A DNA stretch of 62,512 nt, from positions 1 through 62,512 of the forward strand of contig JALDZS010000145.1 of NCBI GenBank assembly GCA_022813965.1, read 5' to 3'. Shown here one piece after another: positions 1-12,970 of this stretch. The stretch's first letter is position 1. Each line of letters begins with the position of its first letter. A model generated the notes under the pieces. That model saw only the letters and a list, made by a program, of their open reading frames with translations. It ran no database searches and was not told the DNA's origin. Source of the DNA: Toensbergia leucococca (Eukaryota). Position numbers and translations under genes: made by a program.

Positions 1-223
1 AACGCCGAGGAAAAGGACGATAAAATTATGCGAGCATGATGCTCTCTTTCGAAAGACGTGGAACGAGAGTCAATCGAAAGACACTGGGACTTGACATGCA
101 GTGCTCAAAAGAGACCTGACTCCATTTTTACCCGAGTCTCCCTTCCATGCCACAACATAGACTGTGATGTTCCGCTGATGCTTAAATCAAAATAGGCTTA
201 GCTGATGCAACTGGTATTCTAGC

Positions 224-3118
224 TCATCCACCTAATTCTACACTCGGCTGTCGAAACTCGGGCAACTGTGTTCTCAGTAATTCCAAATTCTGCTTGGTGA
301 AAAGTCGACTGATTTCGACCTCACTCCATTCCCCAATCTTCAGTAGCCAGCGGTACCCATGCCGCAAATGACCGCTCTGTGTGAAAGCACGCGGAGCTTC
401 GGAATATCGATGATCTTTGTCCACTTTTTTACAGATTTCGATGAGCTCTACATCGCTATGTTTCCGAGAAACCTTCCTCCCTTCTTTTCTTGTCTTCGGC
501 TTCATTATTACCTTTGCTTTTGCCGCTTCAGAACCCTGCACATTGCCCGATGCGAGCATTCGTCGTTTGACCGGAGTCTCCTGTATCTCGGTTCTTTTAG
601 GGTCAGGACCATCATCGTCTTTTGGTACCTGACGTTTGCGAGTGCTTCCTGGACTTTGTGTTGAAGACTTAATTCCGCTCGTTGCCATGGCTCGTATCCG
701 AGACCCAAGCATAGGGCTTAACGCAACATCTTGTCCGCGTTCGCCTGCGGAACTTGGCGTTGAAGTGTTCTCAAGATCTTCCATCTTATCATCCTCTAGT
801 AATAGAGTCCGAGGTGTACATTTTAATCTTGATTCCGGCGTCTTCAAAGATTTCTCGCCATCGTCTTCGGGTCTAGTCATCATATCCTTGTGTCTCTGCT
901 CGCTGTTCAACGAGATCTTCCTCGGTGGAGAAGACGAAGGGGGGGTAAGTTGAATTTGAGGTCGCCTGTTCTCCCATCGCTTGTGACCGTAAAAGGTGCC
1001 TGGCGAGATGATTGACTGGCATCTTTCGTCAAACTTCGAAAGCTTGCTTTTCGGTTTCGTACGAAAGCACTCTTCATCCATTTGGCTTCGTTGTGCATCC
1101 ATCATTGTCCTTTGCTCTCCAGGAACAGGGAGACCTATTGACCGAAAACCTTGGGCAAAGCGGAGTGTTCCCTCGACCTCACGGACTACAACTCCTTCGC
1201 CGAGGGTTGGACCTCCGATAGGTTGATTCTATGGAACAAATAAGCAAGCATCTGATATCTATAATCAACACTTACTCGGTAATTCATGTACTTGTTTCTC
1301 CACTGGTCCTTCCATAGTTCGCGACACGATACGTGCAACTTTTTCGAGTGACCACGGCATTGTAGTATCTGACCGACATTGGCATAGAACTCTTCGTTGC
1401 ATCCAGGAAAGCTTGCCAAGGTTGGCTCGCAATCAAGATCTAACGTAAAATATGGATGCAACATATCGCAGGTGCATGCTGGTCTTGTCTCGGTTACACC
1501 TATTTCTCGTCTTTCCCATGGGCATTGCCAATTTCTGCTGACCGGAACTTTGCTTGGCTTGTGCGTCTCGATGCCGGAAGGCTGTGACAAGCGACAGGTA
1601 GGTTTTGATACACACGGTTTCAAGACTTGCTTTGAAGTGTTGAGAGGTGCGATTAATGTAAAAGCATGGATAGAGGTAGATCTTCTCTTATCGTCAGGTG
1701 TATCAATTGGGTGATCGAATTGAGGTCTTCGGCTTTCGTGGACGCCTAGGAGGTCTGACCCCGTGGTTCCTCTCTCGGAATTCAATTCCTTCCTGACGAC
1801 GTCCTTAACTCTCTTATTGACTGAATTAGAAACCATATCTGCAGATACACCTGTCCTGTTTGTTGGTGATAGCGTAAGAGCTGCCCGGGGTATAGATTTC
1901 GAATGGCTTTGCTCTAATGAGGGTTTCGCCTCTATTACTTCTTGCCTGTTCGCTTGTAGGCTCTGGTTGGTTTGGTATATAGGGTCTACGGGCTCGCGAA
2001 ATGTTCGGGCTTGGTCAATAGCATCAGATTTTGCCTGACTGTTGTTCGCGTTCGACGACGGTGCTCTTGGTTGACTACTATTCTCCGGTACTTGTTTTCG
2101 ATATGGCTTCCCCTCAATCCCATGGTCGTTAAGACCGGCGGCTTTATCAGGTTGTGCAGAGTCGTTCATCTCATCCGGGACCTTGAGATCTTGGGCCCTT
2201 TTTACCCTCTTCTCTTTCTCCTTGTGCTTCACTGATACTTGAACCTAATTTTTCATGCATCTCACTAGCTTCTCCGCTTCTTCGAGCTGTTTCACCCTGT
2301 GGGATTCTGCAAGCTTTCGTCTCTTTTTCTCCTCCTTCAATTTTACCCTTTGCACTTCGAGTCGCTGTTTCAGCCTATCCGCCTTCTTCAAAGCTTTCTC
2401 CATTACTCGGTTCTTCTCCTCCATCTCAATTTCTCGATCTCGTATTGACCGTAGCTGGAGATTGCGATAATAATCTGATTTATCCTGCTCGACAAAACCT
2501 TCTTCGTCCAGAATTTGCTGCTTCTTCTGTGCATCATCGCTAGGAGTCGCCAAAGATGACTCGATATGCTCCAACTTGATTTTAGAACCACTTTTTCGTG
2601 TTGTGGTGCTCTCGATAGGTGACTCCATGACTTCTTGCCGTGTTTTAGCCTTTGCATCGTTGCGTGATACTGTGTCATTATTTGGCGTGGATAGACTCAA
2701 GGCTTCTTCAATATTTGGTTCCAAGTCGAAATTTGTCTCAATAGGGGGGATGTCACAAGAAGTTTTCTAAGTCGTGTTTTTAGTCACTATCAACTTGGTC
2801 AGGCATGTCATCTCAGGAACAACTCACGAAATTACAACCTGTCTCAATGGCCATTCTTTTGGACCTTGATTTTGCTGGACTCTCTATCGATGCAACGATC
2901 TTTTTCTGCCTGGGGGGTAAAGGAGCTACTGGAAGCGGCGAAGGTGAAGATGGACACTCCATCGATATGGCACCAGATTTACCATCATTATGAAGGCCTC
3001 CTTTAGTTGACATTTTCCTTGGTATTCTTTTTCTAGTCGAGGTCTTCTTGGGTGAGAAGCGCTTCTCTTTTGGGGATTTTGGCGGAAGTTTGTTAATTGC
3101 ACAGAAACCTGAAGACAT
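224..3118 (-). CDS. Hypothetical ~900-aa protein, 4 exons: low-complexity S/P/K-rich, coiled coil, central Cys/Trp-containing segment
   Basis: Four same-strand ORFs join up. Introns 2767-2827 (GTGAG..TAG) and 1229-1275 (GTAAG..TAG) keep frame. The middle junction (donor 2265) needs a short 39-45 nt intron with an AAG acceptor and is uncertain. Confidence 0.55.
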
Positions 3119-4089
3119 GGTTCTATCCTTCTACATCACCACCGTTTAAGCAGAACATTGATGAAAATTGATACTTCACTTTCTCGGTGTGAATATTGCT
3201 AGATATTGAGATATGAAACCAAGGATCAAGAAATTTCAAGACTGAAATCGAATATATAAGCCACTATCAGAGTAGCGCGTGCCAGGGGAACGCGCTGCAA
3301 GACAGAGACCTGATCTTTCAGGAGTTCGAGAGAACTAAGGTAGCTAGGTAAGGTCATTCCTGGCCAAGTGTCAAACCGGATACAGATTACCTGGGGTGGT
3401 CATTAGACATTTAGAATCTACTACACTTTCTATGCTGGGGACAGGTTGTTGCCGAGATTTGCACACGAAAAATTTCACTGATACTAGGTTGGCACAGACG
3501 GCAATCCACTGTTCGAATCTACGTCAAATGCTTCCCATTGTACCCCCGAAAAAGACGTTCATTTGGACGCTCTTTGCACTCCATTCCGAATGATCGGATC
3601 TTTCAACGAAAGACAACAATTGTGAAGGGAAACGAGTCTTTGGTAAGACTGAAATCCCTACACTCTAGCTTCCAAGTTGAAGAAAACCCGGAGACAGGCT
3701 CTGGGGCATTATCTGTCTTGGATCCTAGCCTCTGAAGCCGTTATTTTACTTAGCTCTAGGCTAAGATTCCGGGCCAAGCTCCGGGCCAACTCCGGGCCAT
3801 AATCCCGACTCCTAGGCCTGCAAAATAGTAAGCTACCCAGAAACGCTCGACTCTTAGGGAGGCGCGGTACCTATTCTAGTCAACCACTTTCTCAAAAGGT
3901 AATCAAGAGCGACGCATTCACAGATGAAAACGACTTGTACTGCAATGGTGACGTATTACCTCGACAACCTTCGATATTCGATTTACCCATCGCATAAACC
4001 CACTATTCATGTCACAACTCGTTGACATGCACTCACTCGACCACCAAGCTCAGCTTCATGGCAGCGAGAGTCAGATTCGGGACGTCAAA

Positions 4090-4640
4090 CTTGGATCAGA
4101 TTTATCTAGATGGCGCGATTGAGTTAACCCAGCGCCCCTCAACAATGATGCTCTCTCATTTCTTAGTTCTGGAAGAGTTTAACTTCATGCCAAGTATTTG
4201 GATTTGTCTATGCTGTTTCAAAGCCTGGATGCGGGACGAGGAGTAGGGCATTATTGAACTTGATCCTAATGGCCCATTCGCCCCTACAAGGAAAATGGAA
4301 ATCCGGCTCCTTGCTACGCCGTAAAGTCAAATCAGGTCCTTGAATGTCACATCTAACATGTGCACTTGAGCTTAAGGTTGTTGTTTTTCTTAATTTACAA
4401 GAGAAGGTGTCAGGGCCTTCATTTCTCTTAGATATAAGGCAAATCCTCCCTCTAGTATCAAGGCGCTCTGATGCTCTTAGAATAATCATGACCAATCATT
4501 TAGAAAAGCTCAGTCTGACATACCCTTGAATCACTTCTCTTTCAAATTTGTTATCAGATAGAAAAATATCATAGACCATCATAGAGTAGGCAGAGCCTGT
4601 GAAGCTGAGTGCACACATAAGCTCAATCTTTTGAAAAAGC
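4090..4640 (-). pseudogene. Possible decayed small gene
   Basis: A GTATGT..TAAG intron-like segment near 4480-4525 is followed by a protein-like frame (ORF 4208-4495) that continues through isolated TAG/TAA/TGA stops (ETA*TNPNTWHEVKLFQN*EMREHHC*). Confidence 0.25.
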
Positions 4641-4945
4641 AGGGGTTAAAGATTGAGAAAGAGAAAGAAAAAAAAAGGGGGAGACTTGAATGAAGGGAAT
4701 GAGGGGGGTGAGGGATAGAGCTTTAAAGATATTGAAAAGGAAAGGGTGCTTGAATGTTTCATTTGTGGAAATGTGAGCGGTTTACCTATATGCTACCTAG
4801 AGCCTAGGAGGGCGCGTTGTAAAAAAAATAGGATATGATACAATTCCCCACCGCCAAGAAAAATCATAGCACATTAGTAATTATGCACAGGCCAGCCACC
4901 CACATAACAGTCGTAGCCCCCCAAAAAAGAACAAAGCACTCGGTG

Positions 4946-5801
4946 TCAACTCACGCCCTCAATATCATCCCCCCTCTGTTCCTTTTTCAACCTCCTACTC
5001 CCACTCTTTCCCACTCCAACCTCCTCCACAGTCTCCCTCGCCTTCCCCTTCTCCTTCCTAACATCCATTCCCTCCCCTCCGAAATTATGTACATTTTCCC
5101 CATGAGGGCGCCAATCAGTGATGTCGGGTTGGCCGCCCATGGCTTGGAGGGCGGCAGCTGCGCGGCGGCGGTGGTAGCGGCGGTGGAGGAACCAGGCTAG
5201 GAAGGCGCAGAAGGCGAGACCGAGGAGGAGTAGGATTAACATTAGGACCCAGCGCCAGTGAGTAGACATCCTGTGGGGTGAGAGGGGTCAGTAGGGGTTT
5301 TTTGGATCGGAGTTGGGATGCGGGGGGAGGGCACCAATCTGGTTGCTTTGTGTCGGGAGTGTTGTCCTGCGAGACGGCGCTCGTTGGGCTCGCGGTTATT
5401 GAGGCAATTGTCGAGGTGCCTGTAGGAGCGACGATGCTGGTCATGCTTGTGGAGCTGGGTGTCGAACCACCAGCTACAGCGCCCGCTTCCTGAGGACAAA
5501 GCCCCTTGTACCAGTTTTGAATGGAGGCCATGTCTCCGGTGCTACATGCCGCACAAAGTGTGGATGGGGCGATGGTGTAAAGGGAGGTGAGGAAGATGGA
5601 GTGGCAGAAGCAGGATTGGTAGGTTGTTTGCGAGGTGACTGGTGCGCCGGGGGGGATGCAAGCTTGTTGGGCTTGAAGGAGAGAGGGACATTGTTGCGAG
5701 CAGGGAGGAAGGGAAACGGGGAGGAGAGTTGGTGTTTGGGCCGTGGTGAGGGTGGTGAGGAGGAAGAGGGCGAAAAGGATGGTTGTGGTGGTAAGATGCA
5801 T
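4946..5801 (-). CDS. Single-pass cell-surface protein: signal peptide, Cys-rich (CFEM-like) domain, S/T linker, TM helix, basic cytoplasmic tail
   Basis: ORFs 5115-5801 and 4946-5269 are joined by intron 5271-5334 (GTGCC..CAG). N-terminus is hydrophobic; motif CSQQC..C..CFC..C..C..WYKGLC; TM segment WVLMLILLLLGLAFCAFLAWFL followed by HRRYHRRR. Confidence 0.75.
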
Positions 5802-6368
5802 GCCGGAGATTGGGTTGAAGATTGGCGGTTCCGGTTGTGTGCTAAGGGGGTGATGAAGGATGCTTGGCCCTTCTTTGGGGTCTGAGATGATGACGCATCT
5901 AAAGGACTGAGAAGATGATGGAAGAGATGGATGGGGAAGTGAAGTGGAGTGGAGTGGTGAAAATGGGGTTGGGGAGCTGTGTAAGGCGAGCTTATCAATT
6001 GGTGGATTTATGGCCGCATTAAGGTGGGAAATTAGAAGCGGAATAGGCGTTATGCGGCCCGCTTATCGTGCCTCGCTTATTAGGCTCCCCAGTTTTCACC
6101 GTACGCTAAGTCCTTCACACTCTTGGCATAAAGTCTATCAAACATCCCTCTGTAGAAGAAAGACTATGCTGCTGATTTCAAGGCTGAGGCGGAATTGATC
6201 CGGAGAGAGGTATGCCTGCTACTGCTCCAAAAGTGATGACTTCTTTAATGATTGACTATGGTATAACGCCGGAATCTTGAAGAAGGCAATGACTGTAAGT
6301 GATACTGTGTGAGGATAAAAAAGAAGATCTTTATCATCGGTTTAGCTAGCGTGGGAAGTAATTCAACA

Positions 6369-9300
6369 TCAGCCACCGCATCCTGCGCAGCAATCCTCGC
6401 CAAGAGGGGGAAAGGTGATCGATTCGCATGGCCCCGAGGAGTCACAGTAGTCCTGATCGTCACTGCAATGACACGGATAATTTGAAAGATCAGGATCTCT
6501 GTTGTAGATGACTATCAGCAAGTGACTTCAGATCCAAGTCAAAGAGTACAGAGATACTTATGGATTCGTTATGCAAGTGAAAGCAGGGCTTGAAGCAGTT
6601 GGCCAAGGAATTGTTGCAGAAGGTTTGGAAGGTAGTATACTACTCTTTGTACCTGCTGTAGTGGAACCTGTGCTGCTCTCAAAGATGTGAGAACCCGTAG
6701 CTGTAGGTTGATTGTCACTAGACGGGTTCGCAGGTCGCGAACAAGCCTGACGCTTCTCCACAACCTCATCGCGCTTGACGCTGTTCGTGTTCCATTCCCA
6801 TTTAATTTCCCATTGCAGAGCATTGACGCCTTTGCCATTTCCGTCATAATACGTTGTCATGGAGCTGTGTAGATTGTTCCATCTATCCCAGGCCGCCTGA
6901 TCTTTGCCAGCAATATTTTGGGCTACCATCAGGTCATCCCTAACAACGACGAGTAGACATGAGACCAAATCCGCCGAGGCTCCATTTCTAGGTTGCATAT
7001 AGCCGTTCATATATGTTTTATATTGTTCAGCCCAACCAAAATCTGATTGGGGACTTGGATGCTGGCTCAGGTACGTGTCAAGATTTTGACTGTAATAAGG
7101 TGAGCACTGAGCAGAGTGACGTGCTTAAGTAAGATAGACTCACAAAGCTGCGTATATACGATTGTTAGTTTTCTGCATCAGAGCGATAGTGTTGTCAGCT
7201 GTGATGATAAGAGCCGCCCCTACCAAGACCCGTGCATAGTTCATTTTGTCGGAGATTTTTCCGATTGCTGTTTGTCAGTCATCGAGTGGTCTTACTTTCT
7301 TACCAGGCAAGAAGGATCCGCGTAATTCAAGGTCAAACTCTGGCCCGAGCACCTATGAAGTAAAGGGTCAGCGTGTATGTACATACAACAACGCGCAGAT
7401 GTAGTAAGTCGGATCATTGTAGATGCAACAGAGCTTACATAGGCTTTTGCAACTCCGTTCAGCCATTGTGACATGACAATGAAGTCGGGATTTTTGTAAC
7501 TGGGGAGAGAATCAAAAATTGGCGCCAAGCGATTGTCTGCACAATCTCCAGTGGTGAAAAACTGCTCGGTTGCATTGGGACAGGTGAGACCATTTTGTTG
7601 ATCAATTACTGACTCCATGAAGCCTTTCAGGAAATGAATCTCATATGCATGGTCAACAGTGACTTCGTCATTGGTGACTACTTTGCCATTGTTTCTCTCA
7701 GACGTCCATTCACTGGCTTGAAGACGTGTAATGGTAGGTGTACAAGCCGGAGCACCGAAAGCAGCACTTTTATAGTACCGCGACACTGTCGTAAGTGTTC
7801 CGAGTGAAGTAATCTTATCAGAGGCCAAGAAATTGTTACCATCTGGATATGCAGGTCTGGTGACTGGCTTGCCATTCGGAGTTCTTAGAATGCAATTGTT
7901 GATTTTCGCATAAGCAGATTTCGGTGCTCGTTTTGCCATAAGTTGGAATCGTTCCGGTATGATTCTCTTATCAAGTGTGTCAAAATCAGTTGGAGCAGCA
8001 GTGACAGCTGGAGTCCCATCTATTGGAAGTGTTGGTTCATCAATTGGACAACATCCTGTACAATCAGTCATGGAGCTTGATAGAGATCAGGATTCTGAAG
8101 AAGTAGCTGACGAAACGGTGGAAGATGGTAAAGAGCTGATGTTGGTATCAATTGTGTGCGAAGCAGTGGTATCCGAAGCTGAACCGGAAGGGTCCTTATC
8201 AGGATTGGTCTCATCAGCCAATATACTCAAATCTCCGAGAAGACTGTCGATCAAATCAGGGTCAGGCGTATCCTTATCGAGATTATCTTTTAAGGAACTC
8301 AAGACCTCATCAGCACAGCCGACAACACTGGTGATATCTTTAGCTAGCCTTTCAAGGCCCGTAAAAGCATTGGGCAATCTCTTCTCCTTGCCGCCTCCGC
8401 CACATGAATCCGTAATTTCAGTGCCACCAAGGTCATCGAAAAGATTCTTGGCTTTATTGATGATGTTATCAACATCTTGTATAACTTCTGCCTTGATAGT
8501 AGGGATGGTCAGGTCAATTCTCCGAATACTCTTTGAAAGCGAAAACAATAAGCCCCCGAATACCACTCCTTCACTGGAGGCAGTGATTCCGCTAGGAGCA
8601 ATGCTGATCCTACTTGGCGGCAATGTGATAGACGGTAGAGCAGTAAGCGTCGTTACTAGTGGATGTGAGAACGTGGTGCCCAGGGGTATCGGTGTGGAAC
8701 CTGACTTTTCGCCGGCTGACGAAGAATTAGGTAGAGTATTTATCTGACTCGTTGAATTCGCAGCTGTTTCTGTTGGGCGGACTGTGGTAAAAGGATGTCC
8801 TGTTCCAGATGAAAGCGAGCTTGAATTCCCAGAGTCTGACAATGAGTTACTAGATGCAGGCTGTCGGCCTAAATTGATGCTAGAGGATGCGCTTGCCTGT
8901 AATTTGATCGAAGCTGTACCATTGGCAGGCATACCAGAACCAGGCATCGTTCCGAAACCACTCATGCCCGGCCCAGTCGTGGAGTCTTGTGAATTGGAAG
9001 CCGTACCAGCCACTTTTGAACTTGGTATAAATGTAGGTTCTCCAGAACTTGTTATTATTCCTGATGATGCTACGCTCTGGGTAGTCGCAGACCCGTTTGA
9101 GATATGCAACCCATTTGAAGCAAATGTACCAATATTATAATTGGACGCGGACAGAATCTTACTTGGCAAATTCAAGAGTGAAGAACTGGTTGACGTCCCT
9201 GAAAGCGAGCTACCACCATACCTGATGCTTGGCTGCACACTTCCTCCAAGGCCCGACGACAGTCCTTGAGCAGACAACGGTGGTGATGTGAAACCATTGG

Positions 9301-9724
9301 CAGAGAAGTTGAAATTAGTTATAGAGTAATCGTTAGCCCCCTGTAACATCCATCCACCCCAGAAACCAGCCTCGGTTGTGTTCTTGATGCAACGCGAAAT
9401 TATTGCATTGAAAGTGTCAGCGCAGACGGGAGAGGAACCGGCGCTGCCAGTGTTACTCGTGGCATGGGAAACATTGAAGCTGAACGAAGCAGAATGGTAA
9501 CTCTCAATGGATAGCATGCCATCAGTAGAAGAATTCATGAAGGTGGGATTGCAGGCGTTAGGGACGACAGATACTAAAGTCGATGCTACCATGGAAGCCA
9601 CTGGATCAGTGGGCTGACGACGTTGAAAACATGTAGGTGTAGCGAGTCTAGTGGAAAGCGGGATGGTCTGAGAAATGGCCGATTCTAGAATCATCAAGAT
9701 TAGAATCAGGCAAAAAATAAGCAT
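6369..9724 (-). pseudogene. Large modular secreted protein gene (~1040 codons) with inactivating lesions
   Basis: Signal peptide at 9724. ORFs 8087-9724 and 7292-8071 are in the same frame, separated only by TGA 8087-8089. Introns 7353-7438 and 7090-7143 link to ORF 6558-7010. A second in-frame TGA lies at 7275-7277. The last intron (6499-6561) has ATAAGT instead of GTAAGT, before a Cys-rich terminal exon ending CCAGCGG*. Confidence 0.65.
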
Positions 9725-11153
9725 TCTTGTCGAAACGTCGGACTAAACACAGATATATGTTGAAGAAATATGAATTGAAAGCACGATACAATGAATCAAA
9801 CATAGAGGAGATGCCATGCTTACATAGTAGAGCTCAACCATATCAGGCACGCAGCATTTGCTGCTGAACCAACAGCTATGACCCATAGAGTTAGATTAGC
9901 AGTAGAGCATCAGTAGCACATGGTTGGCAAGGTATATCTTCCTTCTGCTGATCCTTGAGGACTTTCTTCATTCAAGAGAGCTAGAAAAGTGAGCTTCAAG
10001 AAAGGGTCGCTGATCCCATGTGTAAATTCTTTCCTTGTTTAGTCATGAGTAATCACAATTGATCTTTTGTAAGGTGATATGGAGTGGCGCATGATAAGGA
10101 AAGCAAGGGCTTAGGCAAAATAGTACAACAACGAAAGATACAATGCCTCTCAAAGATGAGGAGGGGTTGAAACAAGGCATTGGATCTGACACTTGTGACA
10201 GACAATGAAAAGCTCATTATGATAATAACGGTCTCACAAGGTGAAAGGGAGAAAAGCAGTCGTGCAGATCAAGTCAATGGCAATGTTGTCTGACAGTGAT
10301 AGCAGTTTCAAAATGTCAAACTCGGAACCACTGTTCTTTCAACGAGTGCAAAATAGTGATGGAAATAACAATCAAGCCAAGAATCTCTCTCGTGTTTCAA
10401 TAGTGGATGCCTTGTTTGTTGGCATACGGTAATTAGAAAAGGGTGTGTGTGTGTGATCTCGTATATTATTCTGCCACGTCTAATGGTGGGTAACGTAGGC
10501 AGTTGAGACCCCTGAGAGAATCTCCAATTAAAGGGTGTGAGTCGTAGAAGGTTGGAAAAAAACAGAATGAAAATGAAGATGGAAGTGATGTGACGCGGAT
10601 GGATGGGTGTACACATTTATTACTTGATTGAATACTCCGGATTTATCTTACATTACGAAACCAATGAATGGCTTAGGTTGATAAGAGCACCGTAATCTAC
10701 CTAGTTCTATTGCATTTTCAAAGCATGTGCGTATCACTAATTGATAATTCTCCACTCTCCGTTCTCCATTCTCCATTTTTTAATATTATCATCCTGCTAT
10801 CCTCTTCATACAGAGGACTCCACTCTTCAAAATAAGAAAATCTTCGTCAACGGGCAAAGGGTTTTGCTCTCCAACATCACAGTTGGCGTTACACCAAACC
10901 TCGCTGCATCCACTACCACCACAAATGCTCTTGAAACATAATGATACCAACCAAATATGTTTTCTGCTTGAACAGATATACCTGCGACAGAAACCAGCAC
11001 CCTTTGTGTGCTTCAGTTCTTCAAATGTCCCAATACGGAGGGATAATCTAAATTATAACTCTCCCCAATCGAAAAAGCATTGCTTTAGCTCAGGCAATCA
11101 TTCAATCATCCATCAAGCTCTTCACATTGTTCTTCTTACATAGAAGTGCAGCC

Positions 11154-12200
11154 ATGTCTGATCGCACAACCTTCTGCGCCATCTGTGGTGGTCCGATCAA
11201 ATATCCCGATCTGAATCCTGATGTGAATAATCCTTCTCGTCATCTAGGCGGTGCTGACAATTGCAACTAGCTCGACCAAAGTTGGCTTTCGCAAGTCGTG
11301 CTATTGCACCAAGAAGTCAACTTTCCTAAAAACCCAATCCACGAGCTTCCTGCCAGAAACAAAGAGGGCCCTTATTTTGAGCTGCTGGAGAACGGAAAGG
11401 CCATCACCGCAGGCGACAATCCTGTATCTTGGGATTTAACCCCGATCCCACTCTATATAGCATGTCACACCAACTGTGTTGCAATCGCCAAGAGAGTAAT
11501 GGCTGCCCAAGAAGCTGAATATCAGAGAACCGTGGAAGATTCCATGAGACATTTATGGCGTGTTTTCGCAAACCTCTTCGACAGAGTCAAAGAAGAATAC
11601 TTTCCAATGCCAGTCTGTAATATTTATAGCGCCCAGGCCTACGGCGACATTTGGCGTTTCCAGGAAATGAATTGGGAGCCCGGCAACGATCCCAAGTTGC
11701 GTTTTGAGTCCATGGTAAATCTACATCTTTTTTTCCCTCCTTATAAAACTGACTTCTGTCAGCATTTCGAAGCAAACCCTGGGGATATTCCAGACATGAC
11801 CATGTCTATTGTTTCGCAACTGCAAACGTTATCGATGGCAGAAGGGGATTCTTCTCGATCAGGCCCCTCCCAGCTTTTCCCAATGAGGGACCTACCATCA
11901 AAGTGCACCGTGTGCACCGTCCAGAGCTCTCCCAGTGCCTGGAGAGAAGCACTCTCGCAGGGATACTTCTCGTGGCTTTGGGACCTCGATCCACGGGCAA
12001 TTGCACAGAAGGAAGAGTCCAAGCCGCCCGCACAAGAATGGAACTGGGAGCTGCTCGTTCGCCAACTCGCTCAGGTGAATATACATGAACCAAAAGCTGT
12101 TCTCGAAGATTTTTCAATGGGCTTGAGGAATCGAAGAAGGGTATGGAGGATTGTGGAAGATATCTTGTCCGAACAAGTCATCGAATGTGACGCAAAGTAG
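11154..12200 (+). CDS. Hypothetical protein resembling fungal F-box-associated families (N-terminal CAICGGP, C-terminal GLRNRRRVW)
   Basis: ATG 11154; intron 11223-11270 joins in frame to ORF 11298-12200; probable in-frame 48-nt intron 11715-11762. Motifs WLWDL, WNWELL and GLRNRRRVWRI. Confidence 0.6.
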
Positions 12201-12970
12201 GCCCAACGGCCCAAGGACTACGGAGTATTGAAGCGGTAGTTCATAACCCAGCTTGGCTGTCTCTCTCACTCGTTCGAGTCATTGAACATGAACAATCTCA
12301 TGTCCTCGGTATCCTTGATAAAGAACCTCATATCGTCTCTACAAAGCAGTATAGGAGGGAGCCAGATGGGTATCAACGTGCTCTAGTTGTACCTCAAACG
12401 AACGAGAATGTCCTGGGTTCTTTTCGAATCTCACAAGAGAAACTTCCGAATCCGTGAGTGGGCTGTATTGTAAGAGCATATTCTGCACTTTCATTGAGCT
12501 GTGGAATACTGAAATACCCGAATCTTCCAAAGTCTGATAAGATGGAATCCTGAACCTTGACAGGTATGACCTTGAAATCCCCACGAGTCCCTAGATAAGG
12601 TAGAGGTGTGAAGCGAGGTACTGGGGACAATTTGACGGACTATTTATGGGATTCATGAGGTTGAAATGCGGGCGGACTATGCAAGAATAGAATATACAGT
12701 CAAGAAGGTCAAATACGCTTTGCAGTGACGGAGAAATCTTCTCCCTTACAAGCAGAGAAAGCCACTGAGGTCTGTCCCAGAAAATGTAGGCTCGGTGAAT
12801 ATGCGGCGTTGTCCGAGTACCTACCTACGTACGAATGCCAACATGGAGCAGCTACATTTGCCGGCGCTCTCAGAATAAAGGGCAGAGCCCTCATTTGATA
12901 CGTCTGATCAGCGAAGACCAAAGACGTCAATTTGGCATCACAGCCTCAAGCACTCCGTACCGGTAATATC

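Noticed and set aside
3767..3800. TCCGGGCCA x3 short repeat as a Zn2Cys6 site cluster
   Set aside because: Too short to tell apart from slippage, with no supporting context.
7959..8747. 262-aa plus-strand ORF and similar antisense ORFs (e.g. 20643-21212, 45414-45980, 50479-51036)
   Set aside because: Antisense shadows of better-supported genes, with no motifs of their own.
12339..12630. Short minus-strand ORFs, and those at 18734-18992, as genes
   Set aside because: No clear start, splice support or domain; at best unidentifiable relics.
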